Positions 56,696-64,000 of a stretch of 64,000 nucleotides of DNA are shown in pieces. The stretch comes from an uncultured Nitrososphaerales archaeon (lineage in GTDB: Archaea; Thermoproteota; Nitrososphaeria; Nitrososphaerales; Gagatemarchaeaceae). The translations under genes and the position numbers were made by a program. Numbering within the stretch: the first letter of the stretch is position 1; each line of letters starts with the position of its first letter. The stretch is taken from the NCBI GenBank assembly GCA_963706445.1, contig OY970160.1, positions 288,001 to 352,000 on the forward strand, in the 5' to 3' direction. The notes beneath the pieces were generated by a model, which saw only the letters and a program-made list of their open reading frames with translations, did not search any database and was not told the DNA's origin.

Positions 56696-57736
56696 TTACC
56701 AGTCTATCTTGACGACCCCGGCGAAAGAAAGTGAGTCCAAAAGCCCTTCGGCGTACCCTATGCTGAGCATGGCCATCTCGTCCTCCCCGTTGGCAAGGAA
56801 GGTCTCTGCATCCCTCATGTATAGCTCCGCGTTCTCGAGTACATGCTCGTATTGCGGTCCAAGCTTGGCCTTCACCGAATCGAGGGCTCGCCTAGTCTTG
56901 GCGACGTACTTCGGCACCAGGGTCTGTGCGGTCCTCAGGACCTCGTCCGAATTGCTCCTGACCCTTTGATCTTCGATGGAGAAGATCGCTGAAACGGCTT
57001 CGACCTCGGTGAAGTGCAGCTTGCCCGGGATGATAAGACAATGCGGGGGAGCTCCCATCTCTCTCATCGAAAGTTCAGCGAACGCTCCGGCGGCCAAGGC
57101 GGGGTCCTCCCTTCCAAGCCTCGAAAGAAGGATCGCGAACGTTCCTTCGCTCACTACTCCGCGCTTGAAGTTCCCCTCGGCGAGTAGCAGCCCTGCCATG
57201 GCATCGGCGGGCGTCACCCCCTGGCCGCTCTGGATGTCGTATTCCAGCAAGAGCAGCGTATGAGCCCCTTCCAGGAGATTTTCGTGGAGGATGTGATACG
57301 CCTGGGTCAGCTTCCCCACAGATTCGCGGGTGATTGTGACGGTCCTCGAGAACTTGTACGAATGCAGCCCCGAAGCGCTCGCAGCAGCAGAAGCTATGGT
57401 GGCAGCATGGATCACGCGCGTCTCGACACCGCGCTTGATCGCCCTGACTCTGAGCTCGTTGTGAGTTGTCGCAATCATAGGATCTCCAAGGACAGCTAGG
57501 ACTGCCTTCTTTCCCTCCGCGTCGCTCAGAATCTTGTTCCCGTCTTCAACGAACTGTCTGTCGACAATGGTGAGGCTCTTCCCAGTTGAGGCCTGTACCT
57601 GCTTCAGCAGCTGCGGTTCGTGGGGGGTCGTGTAGTATTCCAGGTAGATGACGTCCGAGCCTTTCATCTCCTCCACTCCCTCCAAAGTGATCCCCTTGGC
57701 GCCCAATCCGAGGCCCACGAAGCTTAGGCGACCCAA
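56696..57736 (-). CDS. dph5: Diphthine synthase with C-terminal DUF357-like domain
   Basis: GLGL, LEYYT, GDPMIATTH, HTLLLL, PPHCLIIPG; C-terminal Y..DAE.F...G....A..SIGYAEGLLD. Confidence 0.92.
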   Translation of the reverse strand: MGRLSFVGLGLGAKGITLEGVEEMKGSDVIYLEYYTTPHEPQLLKQVQASTGKSLTIVDRQFVEDGNKILSDAEGKKAVLAVLGDPMIATTHNELRVRAIKRGVETRVIHAATIASAAASASGLHSYKFSRTVTITRESVGKLTQAYHILHENLLEGAHTLLLLEYDIQSGQGVTPADAMAGLLLAEGNFKRGVVSEGTFAILLSRLGREDPALAAGAFAELSMREMGAPPHCLIIPGKLHFTEVEAVSAIFSIEDQRVRSNSDEVLRTAQTLVPKYVAKTRRALDSVKAKLGPQYEHVLENAELYMRDAETFLANGEDEMAMLSIGYAEGLLDSLSFAGVVKIDW

Positions 57737-57806
57737 TTCCCATCATCCATTTTCAGGTGGTATATGAAGCAAGAAACAGTTTCGGCGAAGTCCCTCCCGC
57801 GTTGAT

Positions 57807-57861
57807 ACCCATCCACCACCGAGGCTATATTCTGGATTTCACGCCTTGGTTGTGAATGGGT
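57807..57861. repeat. Imperfect 19-bp inverted repeat upstream of the tRNA
   Basis: ACCCATCCACCACCGAGGC / GCCTTGGTTGTGAATGGGT, 16 of 19 complementary, 17-nt loop. Confidence 0.7.
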
Positions 57862-57909
57862 TGATATCACGAATGCTTTTAATTCCATTTTATTCCGCGC
57901 TGGCTTCGC

Positions 57910-58042
57910 GGGCCCTTGGCTCAGCCAGGTTAGAGAGATGAACTCTCGGCCGGAGCGGCTGGCTCTTAGCTAGCACGTGGGAGTCACCAGCATGTCGTGG
58001 GAGGCGCAAAAGCGCCCACGAATTCGAATCCCACAGGGCCCG
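57910..58042 (+). tRNA. tRNA-Lys(CUU) with three introns (57934-57953, 57969-57985, 58002-58022); CCA not encoded
   Basis: Removing the three inserts gives a full cloverleaf: GGGCCCU/AGGGCCC acceptor, GCUC/GAGC D stem, GCUGG/CCAGC anticodon stem with CUU, GUGGG-UUCGAAU-CCCAC T arm. Confidence 0.93.
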
Positions 58043-58280
58043 CTCAAGTCTTCGTAACAAGTCTATGCGGGGCTATCTTAGGGCGAATGAAATGAGGGGA
58101 GGAAAGGTGGTTTCTCCTCACGAACTGAACCGGATTCGCGCCTGTGACAAACGTAGGGGGGTTCGCTTACCCTCGACCCCAGTTCGGGGTCACCTACCTA
58201 ATCGCCCAGACCACTTTCCAATACTGAGAATCGTCTCATCCGCTTAATAGCCCTGAAAATCGGGAAAATTTCCAATTGCA

Positions 58281-59771
58281 ATGTCCCTAAAAACCGAGAG
58301 GACCTCCAGATTCCCGTTCCCTAAGCTTGACGCTTCTCTCAGAGAGGGAAACTTCGAGGAGGTCCAGCTCCCCTACACCTTGGAAGAGGCCATGGAGGAG
58401 GCAAGCCGGTGCGTGACCTGCGGCAACCCCGTCTGCATCGATGTCTGCCCTCTTCAGACCGACATCCGGGGAATGTGCGAAGCCGTTGCAAGGGGGGACA
58501 TGCAGACCGCCTACCATCGGGTCAGGGAGACCAACCCGCTCCTGGGGACAACCGCGAGGTGCTGCCCCCAGCTCGACAGCCTCTGCGAAGCGGCCTGCGT
58601 CATAGGGACCAGGGGCCAACCGGTCGCCTCAGGAATGATCCAGCGATTCGTGGCGGACTGGGAGAGGACAGTATCCAGGCAGCCCGATCCGAAGACGATG
58701 GAGGACACCGGGAAGAAGGTGGCCATAGTCGGGGGCGGGCCCGCCGGCCTTGCCGCAGCCGAGCTCCTGAGGCGCTACGGCCACGGCGTCACAATATACG
58801 AGGAACTACCGGTGCTCGGCGGGACGGCCTGGTACGGCATCCCAGACTATCACCTCCCGAAGGACGTCCTCCAGTACGAAGCGTCGAGGATAGTCGCCAT
58901 GGGGGTAGAATCCAAGACAGGCGTCCGCGTCGGCAAGGACCCGACCTTGGACGGACTGCGCTCAGACTTCGACGCTGTGATCGTCACCACGGGGGCCAAG
59001 GACGTCTCGAAATTCGAGACACCAGGCTCAGACCTGAAAGGAGTCTACGACGGGTACAAGTTCCTCGAGGACGTCTTCGTTTCTGGAGTTGAAAGCTACC
59101 TCGAGCACCCGAAGTACCAACTGGGCAAGCGGGTGTTGGTCATCGGAGGAGGGGACAGCGCCCTCGATTGCGCCCGTACCGCTCTGAGGTTGACCGGCGG
59201 AGAGGTCACCATCGTGTACAGAAGGACCGAAGCCGAGATGCCCGTGGACGAGATACTTGTCGAGGAAGGGAAGGAGGAGGGCCTCCAGCTCAAATTCCTC
59301 CTCGCCCCGAAGGCCTACGTGGGCGAACACGGACGCCTCGTCAAAGCCACCATGACTGTGATGAAGCTCGGGGAGGTGGATTCCAGCGGAAGGCGGAGCC
59401 CAGTGGCCACCGGTGAGACCGTCGACATGGAGTGCGACTCGGTCATCATAGCCATCGGGAGGGGGCCCAATTCATACCTGCAGCAGCTGGCCGGTCTGAC
59501 TCTGGGGCCCAAGAAGTCGATCGCAGTGGACGACCGCACCATGAGCTCCATCCCTGGCGTGTTCGCCGCCGGTGACGTAGTGACCGGCGAGAGCTTGGTC
59601 GTCAAGGCAATGGCAGCTGGCAGGGAAGCGGCCCAGCGCGCACACGAGTATCTCCTTCTCCTCGACTCCCATCACATGTCTCTGTACGACTACTACTTCA
59701 CCCGGAGGACGTCGGGCCGATACTACAGGGACATGCTCGACGGAAAAGAAGAAACCCTCCCGCCCGACTGA
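58281..59771 (+). CDS. GltD/SudA/NfnA-like NAD(P)H-dependent Fe-S flavoprotein
   Basis: EASRCVTCGNPVC..VCP, CCPQ...CEAAC, GGGPAG, YGIP, GGGDSALD, YRR, FAAGD. Confidence 0.9.
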   Translation: MSLKTERTSRFPFPKLDASLREGNFEEVQLPYTLEEAMEEASRCVTCGNPVCIDVCPLQTDIRGMCEAVARGDMQTAYHRVRETNPLLGTTARCCPQLDSLCEAACVIGTRGQPVASGMIQRFVADWERTVSRQPDPKTMEDTGKKVAIVGGGPAGLAAAELLRRYGHGVTIYEELPVLGGTAWYGIPDYHLPKDVLQYEASRIVAMGVESKTGVRVGKDPTLDGLRSDFDAVIVTTGAKDVSKFETPGSDLKGVYDGYKFLEDVFVSGVESYLEHPKYQLGKRVLVIGGGDSALDCARTALRLTGGEVTIVYRRTEAEMPVDEILVEEGKEEGLQLKFLLAPKAYVGEHGRLVKATMTVMKLGEVDSSGRRSPVATGETVDMECDSVIIAIGRGPNSYLQQLAGLTLGPKKSIAVDDRTMSSIPGVFAAGDVVTGESLVVKAMAAGREAAQRAHEYLLLLDSHHMSLYDYYFTRRTSGRYYRDMLDGKEETLPPD

Positions 59772-59834
59772 ATCAGTCCGGCGACTGGGCCCTCGCGCTG
59801 TTTATAGCCCGAATGCTTTCGGGGCGACCCGTCC

Positions 59835-60344
59835 ATGTACACCAGCACAGTCGTCGACGACGAAGCTCACGCCATGAAGATCATGAGGGGGATGGAAGAC
59901 GCGTGGCAGCAGAAGGACGAGTCTTATTTCGTAAAGGTTCTCAAGTCAGAGCCAAGCCTTGTTCTGAGGGTCCACGCGGTCTGCATCCTTGCCGAAGTCG
60001 GGGGAGAGAAATCTGTCCCTGCCCTGGCCGACGTGCTCCTTCACGACCCCGACCCGCTCGTGAGACACGAGGCCGCTTTCTCCCTCGGGCAGATCGGTCT
60101 TTCAGAGGGGAACATCGCCCTCGCCGAGGCTGTGCTCAACGACAAGGACCCCATAGTGAGACATGAGTCGGCCGCAGCCCTCGGGTCAGTGGGGAGCGCA
60201 GACTCGGAGGGGGTTCTGACGAAGGCACTCTCTGACTCAGACGAAATGGTCAGGAATTCGGCCAAGGCCTCGCTCTTCAACATCAGGTTCCTGAAGCAGT
60301 ATTCTGCAGGAGCGTCGGCCCGCGACCGGGCTCCCCGCCCATAG
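59835..60344 (+). CDS. HEAT-repeat protein resembling one half of deoxyhypusine hydroxylase
   Basis: Four HEAT repeats; VRHEAAFSLGQ and VRHESAAALG. Confidence 0.85.
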   Translation: MYTSTVVDDEAHAMKIMRGMEDAWQQKDESYFVKVLKSEPSLVLRVHAVCILAEVGGEKSVPALADVLLHDPDPLVRHEAAFSLGQIGLSEGNIALAEAVLNDKDPIVRHESAAALGSVGSADSEGVLTKALSDSDEMVRNSAKASLFNIRFLKQYSAGASARDRAPRP

Positions 60345-60384
60345 TCTCGAAGGCTTAAGACAAGGAGAGCGTCGCGCCGGTCGT

Positions 60385-61134
60385 TTGAGGCTCGACGGTA
60401 AGAGAGCGCTCGTCACCGGCTCCTCCCAAGGGATAGGGGCAGAGATCGCCAAGCTGTTCGCCAAAGAAGGGGCCACGGTATTCGTCAACCACCGCAAGGG
60501 CGATTCTCACAGGGAGCCAACCCTCGATTCGATCAGACTGGCAGGTGGAAAGGCCTTCGCGGTCCACGCCGACGTCTCCGACCCAGCCAGCGTCGATGCG
60601 ATGTTCAGGGAAATCAAGGAGAGGGTGGGGGGGCTCGACGTCCTCGTGAACACCGCGGGGTTGGCGGACAGCAGGCTGTGGGGTATCAAGCTCTCTAGCA
60701 TTACACTCGACATGTGGAAGCGGGCCTTCGCCGTGGACACCTTCGGGACCTTCCTGTGTACCCAGGGGGCAGCCAAAATAATGAAACGGGGCTCGTCCAT
60801 AGTCAACGTGGCCTCCACTCCTGCACTGGTGGGGGACACAGAAGGGCTGGTCTATGCCTCGGCCAAGGGCGCGGTGGTGTCCATGACGCGGATGCTCGCC
60901 AAGACTTTGGCCCCAAGGATCCGGGTGAACTGCATGGCCTTCGGCTCCTTCGAGACGACCTGGGTCGACTGGCTGGACAAGAAGCAGAAGGAGTCCTATC
61001 TTTCAGCAATACCGATGGGGAGGTTCGGCAAGCCCAGGGAGGCGGCCAAACTTGCGCTCTTCCTGGCGAGCGACGAATCCAGCTTCATCACAGGCCAGGT
61101 CGTCATCGCGGACGGCGGAGAGGCGCTCCGCTAG
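60385..61134 (+). CDS. Short-chain dehydrogenase/reductase (FabG-like)
   Basis: TGSSQGIG, YASAK, IRVN, FITGQ. Confidence 0.92.
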   Translation: MRLDGKRALVTGSSQGIGAEIAKLFAKEGATVFVNHRKGDSHREPTLDSIRLAGGKAFAVHADVSDPASVDAMFREIKERVGGLDVLVNTAGLADSRLWGIKLSSITLDMWKRAFAVDTFGTFLCTQGAAKIMKRGSSIVNVASTPALVGDTEGLVYASAKGAVVSMTRMLAKTLAPRIRVNCMAFGSFETTWVDWLDKKQKESYLSAIPMGRFGKPREAAKLALFLASDESSFITGQVVIADGGEALR

Positions 61135-61364
61135 GCTGCCGAAGGACCCGTCTCTCCGGCAGCAGAATAGAGCCCGCCCAACTCGTCGATTTTCTCGAGG
61201 GCCTTGTCTACTGCGTCTGTTTCGTCGATGGCCCCTCTTTCAATCGCCTTTTCCCATAGCTCGATGTAGATCTCCAGGCCTTCTTTCACCTGCTCGGTCC
61301 TCCCTTCTTTGCTGCGCTCTAACTCGTCGACATAGGCCCTGACGTTCTTCACCTTCGCGCTCAT
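61131..61364 (-). CDS. Hypothetical protein (77 aa)
   Basis: ATGA overlap with the upstream GHMP gene; helical, host-like codons. Confidence 0.7.
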   Translation of the reverse strand: MSAKVKNVRAYVDELERSKEGRTEQVKEGLEIYIELWEKAIERGAIDETDAVDKALEKIDELGGLYSAAGETGPSAA

Positions 61365-62305
61365 ACCATTGTGGCCTCTCCTCCGACGGGTGAGAGGTAA
61401 GCCCTGTACCCCAGCTTCTCAATGGCCTTCAGGACCCTGCCCTCGTCCTTCTCTGAGGTGTTGATGAAGACGGAAGGACCCGTCTGCATCGAGTAGTACG
61501 CTTTGACCCCGCTCCCCCTGAGCTCCCTGACCTTGCTGATGATCCGGATCGAGTCCTCGGTCATTATGATTAGCCCGCTGTCCCCTGTCATCGTCAGGCT
61601 GTGCAGCTCGAGGGTGTCCCTCTCCGCCAGCCTCCCCACCTCGTCGAGGTCGTTTGCGAGTATCGCCTTCTGCATCTGGTCGCACCTCTTCTGGGCCGAC
61701 TCGACCCTCGCCTTGAAGAAAGGAGAGGTCAGGACCTCCCTGTGGGCGTCCTCCGTCCTCACCCTGGACGGGAGGGGGACTATCACCATCCTCAGGTCGA
61801 AGTCCTTGCCGTCGGCGAACCTCTCGGCGTAGGTGCCTTCGTCGTCCTCCCCGGCATAGAGCCTCGAGAAACCCCCGACGAGCGACCTCGAAGCCGATGC
61901 CGCGAAGAGCCGCGCCGTCCTCGACAGACGTACGAGGTCTGGCTTCCCCCCTACTAGGAGCCCGTGGCACAGCAATGTCAGCGAAGCCCCGGCTGAAGAT
62001 GAATACCCGATCCCCTTCGCCTTGCTTGTCGGAACGTTGCGGCTGTCAATTCGGAAGTCCGTGACCTTCGTGCCCGGCCTGAGCCTGTCCACCACGGCCT
62101 GAAGCCTACCGTTCGCCGATTCGTTCTCCTTCCCCTCGGTGAAGACCCCTCCGCGCCTGGTGTCTGTTATCGACGCCTCGGTCTTCATGGTCGTGGTGTT
62201 CACGGAGATGCTATCGTGATAGGGGAGCCGGAGCTTCCAGTCCTTGAGCCCGTGGTACTTCACCAGGGCCTGCATCGTGAACGCCTCTGCTCTGTGCTCC
62301 GCCAA
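61361..62305 (-). CDS. Phosphomevalonate/diphosphomevalonate decarboxylase-family GHMP protein (catalytic Asp replaced by Gln)
   Basis: ALVKYHG, DSIS, GYSSSAGA, SASRS..GGF, YSMQTGPSVFINT. Confidence 0.85.
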   Translation of the reverse strand: MAEHRAEAFTMQALVKYHGLKDWKLRLPYHDSISVNTTTMKTEASITDTRRGGVFTEGKENESANGRLQAVVDRLRPGTKVTDFRIDSRNVPTSKAKGIGYSSSAGASLTLLCHGLLVGGKPDLVRLSRTARLFAASASRSLVGGFSRLYAGEDDEGTYAERFADGKDFDLRMVIVPLPSRVRTEDAHREVLTSPFFKARVESAQKRCDQMQKAILANDLDEVGRLAERDTLELHSLTMTGDSGLIIMTEDSIRIISKVRELRGSGVKAYYSMQTGPSVFINTSEKDEGRVLKAIEKLGYRAYLSPVGGEATMV

Positions 62306-62306
62306 C

Positions 62307-62762
62307 TCAGATGACCTCTATCTCCAGCCTGCCTTCGGTCTTCTGGTCCTGAAGGAGGCGGATCATGTCTCTGGGGATGTCAATGGAAGCGGAGTCGGCA
62401 CCCACGGCCAGCGTCCTGTCGCTGACGTAATCACTTTTGCGAATGACCATGTCGTGCTCGTGAGTAAGCTCGAGCCTAGGGTCCCCCGAGGCTTTCACGT
62501 CAAACACGGCCTGTCCCACGACTATCCTGATCGTCACCCTTGAGCCGCTCCTCTTCAACCCCTCTCTCACCCTAGGGTCGAGCCCTGCGCACCCCTTCGA
62601 CGCACCTACGCCGATGATGCAGTCCCCGTTCTCGGTGAGGTGACCTTCAGTGGTTATTTCGATGGTCCTGGGGTGGGTCGACCTGACCATGGGGTGCCCC
62701 CGGAAATGGACCATGTCCCTCGCGCCAATCCTGCCGGACTGCGACGTCCGTCCAGCCTCCAT
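62307..62762 (-). CDS. DUF371 family protein
   Basis: GHP.V.STH.RTIEIT...LT..GDCIIGV, VIRKSDY.SDRT; start uncertain. Confidence 0.88.
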   Translation of the reverse strand: MEAGRTSQSGRIGARDMVHFRGHPMVRSTHPRTIEITTEGHLTENGDCIIGVGASKGCAGLDPRVREGLKRSGSRVTIRIVVGQAVFDVKASGDPRLELTHEHDMVIRKSDYVSDRTLAVGADSASIDIPRDMIRLLQDQKTEGRLEIEVI

Positions 62763-62765
62763 CGG

Positions 62766-63035
62766 TCAGCCTGGACTCCTCTGCAGGCCGTTGCAATGCG
62801 GGCACCGCTCCTCGCCTATTTTGACCGGGGTCGCGCAGAACGGGCAGAACCTGTACCCCTCAGGTGGTTCTACGGGCCCTTGGCTCGGCGGGGCGAAGAA
62901 CCCCGCGACGGTCATGATCGCACCAGCTATCGCGAACGGTATGCTCCAGAAGTAGACGAAGGGGAGGGCCAGAGCGTAGAACCCAGCGCCCATCGCCAAG
63001 ATGAGGAGCCCCCCGAAAACGAGCTGCGGCCTCAT
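62766..63035 (-). CDS. Two-TM protein with C-terminal zinc ribbon
   Basis: Two hydrophobic helices, CPFC...CPHC. Confidence 0.8.
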   Translation of the reverse strand: MRPQLVFGGLLILAMGAGFYALALPFVYFWSIPFAIAGAIMTVAGFFAPPSQGPVEPPEGYRFCPFCATPVKIGEERCPHCNGLQRSPG

Positions 63036-63095
63036 TGGCCCAAGCTACCGAATAACGCCTTTATAGTTTCGAACGCCCCGGGCTTTCCATCTGCA

Positions 63096-63341
63096 ATGAC
63101 CACTGAGTACGAGCAGCTTCTTTCGAAGATGGTCGATGAAAAGAAAGCGAAGCTCGCAGAGGTCACCGGCAAGAAAGGGAAGGAGAAGCAGTCAGCGGCC
63201 ATCATGTCGGACATAAGGTTCCTCGAGGTGGAGCTACAGCGCTACCAGCAGGGGATGGCTCTCTTCAGGACGAAGGACCCCCCGAAGGTTGGCCGCTGGG
63301 GCATACCAGAGACCGAAGAAAAGAAGGAAGAAGTAGCATAG
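63096..63341 (+). CDS. Hypothetical protein (81 aa)
   Basis: MTTEYEQLLSK...; ATG about 30 nt after TTTATAG. Confidence 0.7.
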   Translation: MTTEYEQLLSKMVDEKKAKLAEVTGKKGKEKQSAAIMSDIRFLEVELQRYQQGMALFRTKDPPKVGRWGIPETEEKKEEVA

Positions 63342-63345
63342 GCAG

Positions 63346-64000
63346 TTGACGCTGGTCCTCTCCGAAAGAGACGTCGAAGGTCTCATAGACATGAATGAGG
63401 TCGGCGCCGCAGTGGAGGAGGCGTTCCGACGTCAGGGGATGGGGGAGGTCTCCAACTACATGAGGACAAGATCGCGGGGGGTGTCGTCCGTCCTCAACGT
63501 CATGCACGCCAATCTCTCCTACCTCGGCAGAGGGGGCCTCAAGTCATACATGTGGTCGACCGCGGGGACGAAATTCGTAGTTATCCTCTTCGACGAGAAA
63601 GATTCTACTCCAATCGCGGTCATGGGGGCGGACATCCTCGGGCGATACAGGACCGGGGCCGTGTCGGGGGTCGCGACAAAGCACCTGTACGGAAGGAAGT
63701 CCGGAAAGCTGGCGATATTCGGTTCGGGAAAGCAGGCGTTGACCCAGGTGCTCGCCGTCGCCGCAGTGATGTCGGTCGACGAGGTCCGAGTATGGAGCCC
63801 CCGGGAGGACAGGAGGAAGTCGTTCTCTGACGTGCTCTCTGAGAAGGGTTTCAATGCGAGCGCCCACGACACCCCTGCGGAGGCCAACAAAGGGGCCGAG
63901 GTAGCTACTGCGATAACATCCGCGAGCCACCCCTTCGTCACCGACGAGGTGGTCTCTTCGCTCTCGCACCTAAACATCGCCGGGAACAACCAGCCGGAGC
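63346..64000 (+). CDS. Ornithine cyclodeaminase / alanine dehydrogenase (mu-crystallin) family, runs off window end
   Basis: Not in the ORF track. Manual translation: MTLVLSERDV..., GLK, RTGAVSGVA, IFGSGKQA. Confidence 0.88.
   Translation, partial: MTLVLSERDVEGLIDMNEVGAAVEEAFRRQGMGEVSNYMRTRSRGVSSVLNVMHANLSYLGRGGLKSYMWSTAGTKFVVILFDEKDSTPIAVMGADILGRYRTGAVSGVATKHLYGRKSGKLAIFGSGKQALTQVLAVAAVMSVDEVRVWSPREDRRKSFSDVLSEKGFNASAHDTPAEANKGAEVATAITSASHPFVTDEVVSSLSHLNIAGNNQPE

Noticed and set aside
58095-58165. Resemblance to a TPP riboswitch 3' half (CUGAACCGGAU..CGUAGGG) or RNase P CR-I (GAGGAAAG)
   Set aside because: The upstream CUGAGA element and the P4/CR-V partner are missing or in the wrong order
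58065-58247. 60-aa ORF downstream of the tRNA
   Set aside because: Atypical codons, no motif, and it overlaps a structured element
1-64000. CRISPR arrays, rRNA, transposase or integrase genes, inteins in RFC/RtcB
   Set aside because: None seen; protein lengths are normal and intergenic gaps are short and non-repetitive

Overview
Gene-dense, GC-rich core chromosome segment from an archaeon of the TACK group. It is most consistent with a Nitrososphaerota/Thaumarchaeota-type heterotroph; this placement is an inference from the short eL15, the Dph5-DUF357 fusion and conserved hypothetical genes. Content: a Liv branched-chain amino acid ABC transporter; replication and repair genes (rfcS, fen, RecJ/GAN-like, Hjc-like); translation and tRNA genes (hisS, serS, uS15, eS1, eL15, EF-1beta, KEOPS kae1/bud32/pcc1, truD, pth2, dph5, archease-rtcB, rtcA); aCPSF1; two proteasome beta subunits and PAC2; threonine catabolism (tdh-kbl); a beta-oxidation/lipid cluster; ether-lipid genes (egsA, GGR). 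No CRISPR, rRNA or transposase was seen. Strongest leads: (1) a half-size deoxyhypusine-hydroxylase-like HEAT protein with two His-Glu motifs (59835-60344), a candidate for the unidentified archaeal aIF5A hydroxylase; (2) a tRNA-Lys(CUU) split by three BHB-type introns (57910-58042), flanked by unexplained structured DNA; (3) a free-standing, compositionally chimeric HTH-double-LAGLIDADG gene abutting a ferredoxin 3' end; (4) a phosphomevalonate-decarboxylase homologue with Gln in place of the catalytic Asp; (5) a candidate box C/D sRNA; (6) frequent TTG/GTG/CTG starts at leaderless distance from shared bidirectional TATA boxes. All calls come from reading motifs by eye; no database searches were run.
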